IMG/VR virus record: IMGVR_UViG_3300010358_000004
Coordinates: 1 to 47,237 of that record
DNA from: a virus
Lineage: Duplodnaviria; Caudoviricetes
Length of the DNA: 47,237 bases
Strand: one strand, 5' to 3'
Below, piece after piece: positions 37,424 through 46,104 of the stretch; position 1 is the first letter of the stretch; every line of letters starts with the position of its first letter. Made by a program: the position numbers and the translations under genes. The notes below the pieces were generated by a model. The model had not been told where the DNA came from. It ran no database searches and saw nothing but the letters and a program-made list of their open reading frames with translations.

Positions 37424-38636
37424 GTTGGTGTCTCGGCCTCGGATACCAGGTTTCAGTCCCAGCGTACCTAGTAATAATATTAGCTCCTTCAGCAATTTGC
37501 ATCACCCTCTGGATCTTGTCAGCAGCTACCCGCGTCGACAAAAAGTGTACGATAGAAGGTGTGGCTATGGGTTTCTTTCCATTCCTGACCCACAGTTCCA
37601 TCATGTGATAGTGTAGCTCATCAATCACAGCTGCATCAGACTTACCTTGCATAGCCCTGAAGATGTCGGGCATATGAGACTCGGCTTCAACTAGCCACTC
37701 GATTGCCCTATTCACATCAGTCAATTCTATTGTGAAGTCTGCGGTCCTAGATATGGTGCTGACCATGCACAACTTGATAGCCAGCTCAGTGCGGCTGGTG
37801 TTATAGACCTGTAGCTTGGTGTGACCTGGCTCGGGTGGGCAACCTGCCATGTGCCATTCATTGATCTTCTCGGCTGCGTCTTGAGTCCACTTCATCTGTC
37901 CATACAGCAGACTGATCTGACCCAGCCGTTGCAGTATCCTATTCTTGGCACGAGCTGCACCGTTGTCCCCGGTGAATAGCTCCTTACGCGGTGCTTCCGA
38001 CGCATACACCATTATAATGCGACGTATGAGTCCGGTGTTCCAAGTCGCGTCTGGGAAGTGTTCTGCCAGGTAAGACGGCTGCATTCCACCTATAATATTC
38101 AGTTGCGGACGTACAATCTTGACCTCTTTAGCAGGTCCGTGTCGTCGAGTCTCGGAATGGGTTTCCTTGTTGTTCCACAGTGCATTCAATACCGATACTG
38201 TGGAGGGATCATATGTTGGTAACAGCACCTGAAACTCCTCGGCTGCTACCAGCAGCGAGTGCATGGTTATGGGTGGTCCCTCTTTAGGTATATGGACACT
38301 GGTAGCCTTATTCAACTCATCGATCATGCTGGCTCTAGTCATGGAGTCAGACGCGACCTTGAACGCATGTCCCCCTGTCGGGTCCATAGCGTCTGTCCAG
38401 AAAGCCTTGATCTCGTCTATGATACCCTTGCCTGTTCCCGGTGGTCCAACTAACATGACGTACAGATTAGGGTATGTGCGTTTCCCTCCAACTGCTCTAG
38501 CCCACACACGTCTCCCACACGCACCAGCTATCAACGATATACCAGCCCATAGCCGATGGATCTCGGTGGTCCTGGCAGTCTCGGTGAAGGTGAACCACTC
38601 TGACACGAGGTCAGACCAATACCCATTTCCCTGCAT
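37410..38636 (-). CDS. DUF3987-like AAA+/SF3-type helicase
   Basis: YPNLYVMLVGPPGTGKG Walker A, AAEEF Walker B, LNIIGGMQP, GLIRR. Confidence 0.8.
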   Translation of the reverse strand: MQGNGYWSDLVSEWFTFTETARTTEIHRLWAGISLIAGACGRRVWARAVGGKRTYPNLYVMLVGPPGTGKGIIDEIKAFWTDAMDPTGGHAFKVASDSMTRASMIDELNKATSVHIPKEGPPITMHSLLVAAEEFQVLLPTYDPSTVSVLNALWNNKETHSETRRHGPAKEVKIVRPQLNIIGGMQPSYLAEHFPDATWNTGLIRRIIMVYASEAPRKELFTGDNGAARAKNRILQRLGQISLLYGQMKWTQDAAEKINEWHMAGCPPEPGHTKLQVYNTSRTELAIKLCMVSTISRTADFTIELTDVNRAIEWLVEAESHMPDIFRAMQGKSDAAVIDELHYHMMELWVRNGKKPIATPSIVHFLSTRVAADKIQRVMQIAEGANIITRYAGTETWYPRPRHQHGVE

Positions 38637-38664
38637 AGGGAAGCCCCCAACTTGACGGCTGGCG

Positions 38665-40161
38665 TCACTGAGGCGCCCACTTACCTAACCCACGAGAGTT
38701 ATTCTCGGACTTGTATCCCCAGTTGTAGCCGACCTTGGCTTCTGAGGGTACTTCAAATACTCTGCCAGATTTAGGGTCCGTCATCTCCAACCTCAACAGT
38801 TCTCTTACCTCCCTAACCGTTTCATCAAACCTATCATCATCAATAACTTGGAATGTAATGGAGTCATATCCTTGAGCCAGCAATTGAACTCGGTTTCGGA
38901 CATGCTTCCAAGTCTTCCAAAATCCAAGATTGGTTCTGTCACTTGTAGTTGACTGAGGTATGTAAGCAATTCCCTCTCGTAGGGTTGCATCTGAACTAGT
39001 GTCTCCGAAGAAGTGTCGTTCGCGACCGAAAGGCGTAATGAGTCTATAATTGGTTTGTATCTCGCTGGATACCCACTCCCAGTATCTGGGTATGCAAGGG
39101 AACGCAGCATTATTACCGCGACAGAACCTGGCCTGGAAGTCCTCAGCAACTTGCTGCGTAATCTTAAGGTGGCGAGCCATAGTCCATGCGGTTCCCATGT
39201 AGTCAGACAGGTGGGCTCCCCTTTTAGCCATATCTCTATAGGAGAACTCCCTGTAAAACTTAGTGTCTGCGAGCGCACGATCACCCCCCTTGTCCCCTGG
39301 CCATAGCATCTCAGGCCACACCAACTTGGCTACATTGGTATGCAAGTCCCCAGACTCACAGGCATCTAAGAAGGTCCAATCCCCAAATATACAACCGATC
39401 AAGAAACCTAAATCTCTAGCCTCCGACTGCTCAAAGTCAATGACACATAATTTGTATCCTGGGTCTGCCACGAAGATATGTCGTAGCCCAGGGGCAATGT
39501 TCTGGGCGTTCCCTCCAGTCCCAAAAGCGTTCTCACTACTTGAAGGTCTTCCGGACTCAGTTCCGGCGATATTATAAGAACTTCTGAACCGTCCGTCCGG
39601 GTCAACGTCGTGACTAAGCACTTCATGTTGCTTTGACAGATCGCGTATCGAGAGTATGTGGTTGATGAAGGGTCTGGCATAGAGATAGGTCTCGTAAAGT
39701 TTTTCGAGGGCGGTTCGGTCCATGCTAAGTTTTCTGACTCCCTTTTTGCTTGTCCACTGCTCGGGGAGTCTGAGGACTTCGTAGAAGAGTCTCGGGAGCT
39801 GGCTAGTACTGGACCGAGGTAGTGCTTCATCAAACGGCTTATGACCTGACGGGAGTACGGCATTGCACAGCACCATTAGTTGGTTGCGTAGCTTGGTTAT
39901 TCGCTGCTCCAGCTTTAGTATTGCTTCCTGCCTCAGGTTCATATCGACTCGGAAGCCACGTTGCATGATCTCCAGGTAAGGAGCCTGCAACGCCCTCTCG
40001 AAGTCATAGACCAACGAGGCGTGAGGTCGAGCAGCTAGCATCTCTAATTCTTGTGGAAGGCACTCACTCGTAACGCAGTTGTCTATACCGCAGTAGATTT
40101 GGTGGATCTCACTTGGGGAGCACCGAGTCAAGTCCATATTGGCGGTGTCTATTGTTGCCAT
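38665..40161 (-). CDS. polA: family A DNA polymerase, polymerase subunit (carries ExoIII motif only)
   Basis: GTESGRPSS, NAQNI, motif A DFEQSEAR, DLH, motif B RDMAKRGAHLSDY, TPFGRER, PQST, motif C QGYDS. Confidence 0.92.
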   Translation of the reverse strand: MATIDTANMDLTRCSPSEIHQIYCGIDNCVTSECLPQELEMLAARPHASLVYDFERALQAPYLEIMQRGFRVDMNLRQEAILKLEQRITKLRNQLMVLCNAVLPSGHKPFDEALPRSSTSQLPRLFYEVLRLPEQWTSKKGVRKLSMDRTALEKLYETYLYARPFINHILSIRDLSKQHEVLSHDVDPDGRFRSSYNIAGTESGRPSSSENAFGTGGNAQNIAPGLRHIFVADPGYKLCVIDFEQSEARDLGFLIGCIFGDWTFLDACESGDLHTNVAKLVWPEMLWPGDKGGDRALADTKFYREFSYRDMAKRGAHLSDYMGTAWTMARHLKITQQVAEDFQARFCRGNNAAFPCIPRYWEWVSSEIQTNYRLITPFGRERHFFGDTSSDATLREGIAYIPQSTTSDRTNLGFWKTWKHVRNRVQLLAQGYDSITFQVIDDDRFDETVREVRELLRLEMTDPKSGRVFEVPSEAKVGYNWGYKSENNSRGLGKWAPQ

Positions 40162-40375
40162 CTTCCTGCCATTTCCTCACGAGTTCTATCCCGGCCGCGG
40201 TTGCCATCCAAATGGTCAGGTCGGGACTGTCTGGGTAAAGTTCTTTGGAGCTGACCAGACCCTCATCTCTCAACCGATTGACAACCGGGAGTAAGTGTTG
40301 GACCTGGACTTGCTCACGGGGAGCGTTGACTATATACATCAGAACCTGGAAGTCAAACAACGCCAGTTCGCTCAT
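40109..40375 (-). CDS. small hypothetical wHTH-like protein between the two polymerase parts
   Basis: RLRDEGLV...WMATAAGIELV pattern; starts directly after the upstream stop. Confidence 0.6.
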   Translation of the reverse strand: MSELALFDFQVLMYIVNAPREQVQVQHLLPVVNRLRDEGLVSSKELYPDSPDLTIWMATAAGIELVRKWQEDGNNRHRQYGLDSVLPK

Positions 40376-41572
40376 CTATTCATCTCGCTTCTCGGTATCA
40401 GACTTAGCCGTCCGGAACTGTTTCCAAGCTGTCTCATTCGTAAACACAGACCCCAAAAAGCCTAAACTTTTCGGTAGCTCTGGATACAGGGAGTGCCAAG
40501 CGAGCATGGTATCATGGTCACAATGACTGGGGATGCCCAGCACCTTCATCAGATATTGTATATCATACATCCCATTCTGAAAAACTTTGGGGATCGGAGA
40601 ACCCAACAGCCTAGCAATCAATTGCCAGATGTAGACCTCCTCGGGGATGGTCCAGTAACTCGTCACCTGTTTACCGTCACGCACCGGGTATATAATCACA
40701 TAACCAGTGCCCTTTTTGGTACGGTGGGGTCCGAACGGGATCACTAGGGAGTCTGATGAACTGCGGGCGAACCCGCATGTGTCTATCATCCCACCAGATG
40801 TTTCCACGTCCACTGTCAGGGTCGTCGGTGGGTTGGATATGGTATCCTCAATCCACTGGACCACCTCTTGCAGGGTTGGATTGATGATAATCCTCCGGGA
40901 AGGGCGGATAATATCAGGGTACTCAGACTCGCGGTATGCTTTCAGATAGTCTCCAATTATTATTGGTCTCCGTCCCCACTGCCCTTCATATAATAGGGAC
41001 GCGGGGTGGAACGTTGGCAGACACTTAACATTATAGGTCTTGGACCAGGTAGTAGTACCACGCAAGGCTGTGATGTTAGTCACCCCAAGAAAAGCCCAGC
41101 AAGCAGTATTGCCCATAAGGCACACGAGATTAGGCTTGAGATTAGCCACATCCGAAGCGAGCCTCTCCAGGTGGTGGAGGTAATCAGGTCTGAGGTATCT
41201 TCCCATGTGGAGGGGTTGATAGGGATAGTTGGCCCCACCAACCTCCGCTTTACTACCACAAATAGCTGACAGATCATTATTCGGGGGGCGCATGTTAAGG
41301 ACATTGGTGAACCCAATCCCTGCTGCGTGCATCCACTCGTCCCGATGACGCACCCATGCCAGACCCCAGTCTGTCCACGTTATCTCATTCTGAGCCTTGG
41401 CATGTAGCTCTGGATACACTTCTGGTAACGCTTCACCTAACATGCCCCAATGCATTTTGCCACTGCCTCCGACCAATGGCAACTGCATACGATCTTCATC
41501 TGCGCCCCACGCCTCACCAACCATCAGCATACGAGGGTTAGGAGGACCAGAGTATCCTTGCAGATGACTCAT
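40376..41572 (-). CDS. uracil-DNA glycosylase-like (family 4/SPO1-type) domain fused to N-terminal part of a 3'-5' exonuclease
   Basis: MVGEAWG, FTNV, MGNTA, TFHPA (UDG); TVDVET ExoI, QNGMYD ExoII, DTML. Confidence 0.85.
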   Translation of the reverse strand: MSHLQGYSGPPNPRMLMVGEAWGADEDRMQLPLVGGSGKMHWGMLGEALPEVYPELHAKAQNEITWTDWGLAWVRHRDEWMHAAGIGFTNVLNMRPPNNDLSAICGSKAEVGGANYPYQPLHMGRYLRPDYLHHLERLASDVANLKPNLVCLMGNTACWAFLGVTNITALRGTTTWSKTYNVKCLPTFHPASLLYEGQWGRRPIIIGDYLKAYRESEYPDIIRPSRRIIINPTLQEVVQWIEDTISNPPTTLTVDVETSGGMIDTCGFARSSSDSLVIPFGPHRTKKGTGYVIIYPVRDGKQVTSYWTIPEEVYIWQLIARLLGSPIPKVFQNGMYDIQYLMKVLGIPSHCDHDTMLAWHSLYPELPKSLGFLGSVFTNETAWKQFRTAKSDTEKRDE

Positions 41573-42846
41573 ATCGTGGTCACCTTAACTGCGCGCATTC
41601 TTCTTGCTTCACGCAGCTGTCGTCGGGCACCCTCACAATAGTTCGGATCGATTTCAAACCCGAGCACCCGAGTCGCTCCTAGCGACTCAGCCGCTCTCAA
41701 ACTGGAGCCGCTACCGCACGTCGGGTCTAGCATGGTGGTATGGGTATCAACTAGCATGGACATGAAGTAGTTCAGCATCGCCTCGGGTTTGGTAGACGGA
41801 TGCATCGAGGTATCAGTCGGACAGGCGAACACATCTGACTGTACCTTCAAGATGTATCTGTCTCTCATTCCCAACATGCAGGTATCATAGACATGCTTCG
41901 GTCGCCTCCTGTAGTCAGGTGTTATCCCTGACTCGGCATGATACCAGATAAGAGGGTGGGGCAGCCAAAATACACCGGGGACACGATTGAGATATGACAT
42001 GACCTCGCTATGATTTTTGTCTGAGTACCAGAACATAATATGGCCTGACATGTCGAAGAACTTGTTGATGTTAGTAACAAAGCACTCAAGCAATTGATTG
42101 GCAGCTTCGGGACTATCTTTGTAGAAGGTATGTTCAAAGCCCCGTCCGACTGGCCCGTCTGCGACCCCAATACCATACGGGAAATCACAGTGAATGAAGT
42201 TGAATTTAGGTCCATCATAGTCAGGTGCCCAGTCTAGGAACGAACTATTCCGTATAGAGTCCTCAATCAAATCAGTTTTAGGTTCCTCAAGCGGTCTGTT
42301 CCTCACAAATAGGAAGTCGTTAGACCGCTTACGAGACTCGGTACGTTCGACAAGTGTCAACGCCTCGGTCAGCGTCTTGCACTCGGCCACCCGACTATCA
42401 TTCAGATGCTCAGCAATCTTAATGTGGTTGGATACTACGGTACGCACCGTTGACAGGCTCTTGGCCGTACTAGTTTGGTTCCATTCCGGATCACCTTCAC
42501 TATACAGCTGATGTATCTCATAGGTGGCTTGGGCTATCTCCTGCCATGTCAGGTCTTTCCTCTTAATATTCTCTTCCAGTTCCACAATCCGATACTCTCG
42601 TGGGGTCAGATCGGTAGTATACTGGATGGGGATGTCAGTCCAGCCCAAGTTCTTACAGGCGGTCAGCCTTCTTTCACCGGCGACCAACACACCGTCTGGG
42701 CGGACTATAATGGGATGGAACAGGCCATAAGCCTTGATGGAGTCTTCTAACCCTGTCGTGTCTACAGCCTTCCGCTGTCGCCTGGTTCTCTCAATGACTA
42801 TCGAGTCGATTGGTAGCTTATCAAATTCATTGGTTACTGCGGGCAT
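41569..42846 (-). CDS. ParB/Srx N-terminal domain fused to N6/N4 DNA methyltransferase
   Basis: GLFHPIIV...LVAGERRLTA...ELEENIKRKDL; DFPYG motif IV, HPSTKP, LDPTCGSGS motif I, GFEID. Confidence 0.85.
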   Translation of the reverse strand: MPAVTNEFDKLPIDSIVIERTRRQRKAVDTTGLEDSIKAYGLFHPIIVRPDGVLVAGERRLTACKNLGWTDIPIQYTTDLTPREYRIVELEENIKRKDLTWQEIAQATYEIHQLYSEGDPEWNQTSTAKSLSTVRTVVSNHIKIAEHLNDSRVAECKTLTEALTLVERTESRKRSNDFLFVRNRPLEEPKTDLIEDSIRNSSFLDWAPDYDGPKFNFIHCDFPYGIGVADGPVGRGFEHTFYKDSPEAANQLLECFVTNINKFFDMSGHIMFWYSDKNHSEVMSYLNRVPGVFWLPHPLIWYHAESGITPDYRRRPKHVYDTCMLGMRDRYILKVQSDVFACPTDTSMHPSTKPEAMLNYFMSMLVDTHTTMLDPTCGSGSSLRAAESLGATRVLGFEIDPNYCEGARRQLREARRMRAVKVTTI

Positions 42847-42861
42847 GGCTGTAGCGCTCCA

Positions 42862-42891
42862 AGAAAGATGGGGAGGCGTAAACGCCTCCCC
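42862..42891 (-). terminator. probable intrinsic terminator
   Basis: GGGGAGGCG-TTTA-CGCCTCCCC stem followed by ATCTTTCTT on the minus strand. Confidence 0.6.
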
Positions 42892-42906
42892 CTAACGTAT
42901 GTTAAG

Positions 42907-43374
42907 TTACTTGTAGTCTTCGTTAGGTCCAAGCACCCGGCCGACTTGATTGCCGATCTCATTGGTGTTCTGATTGAGATACTGTTGTACCTCGATTACC
43001 ACATCGCACCCAATTACTTGGGGGCAGACCTCGGCGTAGTCCTTGCCATCCGGCTCAACGTCACATGACCGGAGGAACTCATCGAGGCGCCAAAGTGCTT
43101 CGTCCGTAAGGAAGAAGTCCCTGCGAAGGCGAACCCTCTGGAGGTTGATCGGAACGAGGTTCCCTTCACGGTCTTTGAAGTACCGCTTTTCTTCAGGAAC
43201 TCCGTCCGGCCAATCCGTCAGGCTCAGCTGGTACCTAACGTAGGGCGTCTTGTTAGCATTGCTATCCCCGTACTCGTAAGACTGGATCTTTCCGGGGTAG
43301 TGTTCCACGGGCAATGCAGGTGGACGTACTGCCTTGCCAGCGGGACGGGACAACCAAGCTGTGAAGTCAGGCAT
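42907..43374 (-). CDS. single-stranded DNA-binding protein (DUF669-like)
   Basis: PALPVEHY, FFLTDEALWRLDEFL; follows Sak4-like gene; GAAAGGAA SD. Confidence 0.6.
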   Translation of the reverse strand: MPDFTAWLSRPAGKAVRPPALPVEHYPGKIQSYEYGDSNANKTPYVRYQLSLTDWPDGVPEEKRYFKDREGNLVPINLQRVRLRRDFFLTDEALWRLDEFLRSCDVEPDGKDYAEVCPQVIGCDVVIEVQQYLNQNTNEIGNQVGRVLGPNEDYK

Positions 43375-43391
43375 AACAAGTTCCTTTCGGA

Positions 43392-43430
43392 TGAGTGAGT
43401 AGTGAGTAAGTCAGTGAGTAAGTTAGTCAG
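43392..43430. repeat. short tandem repeat AGTGAGTAAGT(C/T)
   Basis: TGAGTGAGT AGTGAGTAAGTC AGTGAGTAAGTT AGTCAG in the intergenic gap. Confidence 0.6.
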
Positions 43431-43431
43431 A

Positions 43432-44352
43432 TTACTTTGCTGCTTCTGCTACGATAGGCACCTCCTGTGGTAGTCCTGAACGGTAATCTCTGAAGTACTC
43501 AGCCAGACCTGTCTCCAAATTATATTCTGGCTTGATGGTGAATGGAGCCGGATTGATTAGCTCTACGTTTTCGTCGTTGTTAGTGTAGATTGTTCGCTTA
43601 ATGGCGGGATGGTTTCCCACAGACGTAGCACGGATGCTGTGTCCGAAAAACTGAGATATCTGAGGAGAAATGTTCGCTCGTCCAAACACCTGAGGGAACC
43701 CTCTAGCTTGTCTGTTGGCGGACACCTGCGGTCCAGGCGGCTCCATGAATATAATGTGGCATATGAGAATGACATTGCACTTCACCTCATCTGATTTCAA
43801 CAGTTGAAGTTGGTTGCGGATATATCCATACGCATGAGAGTAATCGTTGTTACCAATACTGCCAACCTGTGGACCGCTAGTCAGGTGCCCAGTCAATGAT
43901 AGCTGGAAGTTCATAGCACCTTCGCAGTACCGACTGAACGAGTCAATCACCAGTACATCGTTCGGTCCCCACTTCCCAATGTTACCTGGGCGGTCATCTC
44001 CATCAACCCAGTCATTTAACATCTTACCTATCTTGAGCCAACTGTCACCCTTGGGGAAGGCGTTGGCCCCTTGAATGTTATATCCCTCGGTCAATGTAAC
44101 ATAACTAATATTCTCAGCAGTCTTAGCTGCTTGCTCTGCGGTCCACAAGCCAGGTCGCTGCCGCAAATATATTGATTTAGGATTAGTCACAAAGTCTCTT
44201 ATAATACCAGCCTTGCCGTCCAGATCAATAATCCGAACACGATAGCCAGCAGCAGCAAGAGAGACCAATGACCCTGTTTTACCGGCTCCAGAATGCCCAA
44301 GGTAAAGCATCTTGATAGCTGGAGTCGTATTGTATTGGGTGAACTTTGGCAT
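43432..44352 (-). CDS. Sak4-like RecA-fold ATPase / annealing protein (AAA_24)
   Basis: GHSGAGKT Walker A, IIDLD, LVIDS Walker B, VILICH; ATG 44352. Confidence 0.8.
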   Translation of the reverse strand: MPKFTQYNTTPAIKMLYLGHSGAGKTGSLVSLAAAGYRVRIIDLDGKAGIIRDFVTNPKSIYLRQRPGLWTAEQAAKTAENISYVTLTEGYNIQGANAFPKGDSWLKIGKMLNDWVDGDDRPGNIGKWGPNDVLVIDSFSRYCEGAMNFQLSLTGHLTSGPQVGSIGNNDYSHAYGYIRNQLQLLKSDEVKCNVILICHIIFMEPPGPQVSANRQARGFPQVFGRANISPQISQFFGHSIRATSVGNHPAIKRTIYTNNDENVELINPAPFTIKPEYNLETGLAEYFRDYRSGLPQEVPIVAEAAK

Positions 44353-44353
44353 G

Positions 44354-45343
44354 TCAATAGTCCATCCTTTCGAAGGTGGGGTCCCACACTCGTCTCTTAT
44401 ATTCGCGACGTAGTATGAGTTCTCTAGAGTTGGCGGAAGTTGCTGAACATACCTGCCGGAAGGGGCATCCGCCATACATACCACAGGCAGAGTCGTTTTG
44501 TGGCCAGTCATCGTCGTAGGCACATTTCTCTAGCTGTTCTAGGAAGAAAGCTAGATCATGATGCCATCGATTGAGTTGTTCGTCGGATCGTGAAACAACT
44601 CCCCTTTGGAACTCGGAGAAGGATTGCACAACCTGACAGGCGTCCACGAGTATTCCAGTTGTATCGACGCCAAACACACTCCGTGCCGCAATTGTGTAGA
44701 TAGTGAATTGATTGTCAGGTGTGAACTTGGCAAACCAATACTCACTGAGGGTATGACCAGTAGACTTAACATCAGTGACGTACCGTGCGCCATTGAGTTC
44801 TCCTATTCTATCTAACCGCCCACACAGAACGAACTCCTCACCCGTGGTTGCACTCTTGTAACCTGTCCCCAACCGGAACGGAAGTTCGACTGCTAGACGG
44901 TCATCGTTACCAACCCTGACTACCTGAACCGGATCGTTCTGGTACTTATCCAGATACCACACAATGGTACGGACCAGTGTGTATCTGTTCTTGATCTTGA
45001 ACGCCTTGTCATCGGACTGCCAGGGCCTATTAAGATTGTAGTCCCAAGTCGCCTTGAGCGTCTCGCGGACTACCTCAACCATAGCATCCCGATGAGGCAT
45101 CTGTCTGTCAAGGCGGTACGTCCAGTACAACTCCACAGCACGGTGGAGTGCTATACCGAACGTCAGATGCACAGACTCCTGTGCGGGTTGGAACCCATAC
45201 ACTATGGACAGATAGTAACGCCTCGGGCATATCTTAAAATCGTTGAGGCTGCTAGAGTCCAAGTGTATTTGCAACAGCATGTTCTTCTTAGAGAACGCAC
45301 CGTTAGGCAACAGTTCGAAGCCAATGCCTAATGAACCGTCCAT
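44354..45343 (-). CDS. PD-(D/E)xK Cas4/RecB-like exonuclease
   Basis: SSL..FKICPRRYY, FGIALH, GRLDRI, TDVKS, QF.IY, CGMYGGCPFRQVC Fe-S cysteines. Confidence 0.85.
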   Translation of the reverse strand: MDGSLGIGFELLPNGAFSKKNMLLQIHLDSSSLNDFKICPRRYYLSIVYGFQPAQESVHLTFGIALHRAVELYWTYRLDRQMPHRDAMVEVVRETLKATWDYNLNRPWQSDDKAFKIKNRYTLVRTIVWYLDKYQNDPVQVVRVGNDDRLAVELPFRLGTGYKSATTGEEFVLCGRLDRIGELNGARYVTDVKSTGHTLSEYWFAKFTPDNQFTIYTIAARSVFGVDTTGILVDACQVVQSFSEFQRGVVSRSDEQLNRWHHDLAFFLEQLEKCAYDDDWPQNDSACGMYGGCPFRQVCSATSANSRELILRREYKRRVWDPTFERMDY

Positions 45344-45346
45344 CGT

Positions 45347-45628
45347 CTAGTCCTTCTTAACCTTGACGAAGCCCATCTGGCTGGCACTAGATACTATGAT
45401 GGGTAGGGTTGGAGCCCGAGGCGATACATCCTTCTTGACTCGGACCTGACGCACCGTTGCTGTCGCTGCTAACCGATCCCTGAGGTCTTGCATGTGAGTA
45501 ACAATCTGCTCCAACCCAATTGTACCCAACGCCTCAGGATCTCGGGAGAACAACTCTTGTAACGAATACTTATCAGCCTGTCGTAGTGCATCAGTCTGAG
45601 GGATGGGGTAAGTGTTGTCACTCGACAT
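45347..45628 (-). CDS. hypothetical protein
   Basis: SLQELFSRDPE motif; ATG 45628. Confidence 0.65.
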   Translation of the reverse strand: MSSDNTYPIPQTDALRQADKYSLQELFSRDPEALGTIGLEQIVTHMQDLRDRLAATATVRQVRVKKDVSPRAPTLPIIVSSASQMGFVKVKKD

Positions 45629-45851
45629 CTTCCATCTCCTCCTCAGGCTCAAGCTCCTCTAGCTCGGCGATAGCTATCCTTCTTCGGAGTGCCATCACGC
45701 CTTCGTGAATGTACTCACGGCAGACATGACTGCAACCAACACGTCTATGCCTGGGAGCCCCGGCACCAAAATATCTCTCCAAGAACTCCCAGTCTTCATC
45801 GTAGGTCAGGATGTGACGCGGGGTCGTTGGCCTGTCCGTTTTCTTTACCAT
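45618..45851 (-). CDS. putative ribbon-helix-helix DNA-binding protein
   Basis: RHILTY strand, DEDWEFLERYF helix, G.SHVCREYIHEGV helix; acidic tail. Confidence 0.5.
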   Translation of the reverse strand: MVKKTDRPTTPRHILTYDEDWEFLERYFGAGAPRHRRVGCSHVCREYIHEGVMALRRRIAIAELEELEPEEEMEDVE

Positions 45852-46104
45852 CAGTCTCTGCCCTTTTGAAGTTATGATAAAGGACAACCCCTGCCGATTT
45901 GATACTGATAATCAAATCCTGCAGCAGCGGCTCCTTCTGCTTGGCCCGGTTCAGATACTCGATCAGAAGTTCGGGCTCATCGGACCTAATCAATAGGCCG
46001 ACCTCGGGGTACTGTGTAGCCGCAGCTTCCAGCATCAACGTTTGGATAGCTTGCAGCTGTTGGGCTCCTTCAGCCCAGCTGATCCTCTCCCCCATCCTAC
46101 TCAC
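45796..46104 (-). CDS. hypothetical protein
   Basis: ORF in minus-arm operon; start uncertain. Confidence 0.55.
   Translation of the reverse strand: MSRMGERISWAEGAQQLQAIQTLMLEAAATQYPEVGLLIRSDEPELLIEYLNRAKQKEPLLQDLIISIKSAGVVLYHNFKRAETDGKENGQANDPASHPDLR

Noticed and set aside
40109-40375. Group I intron or intein splitting the polymerase
   Set aside because: Gap is only about 215 nt, occupied by a normal ORF, with no recognisable intron core or intein termini; both parts have their own start and stop (not formally excluded without RT-PCR)
44353-44523. N-terminal extension of the Sak4-like ORF
   Set aside because: Overlaps the exonuclease C-terminus; ATG 44352 directly follows its stop
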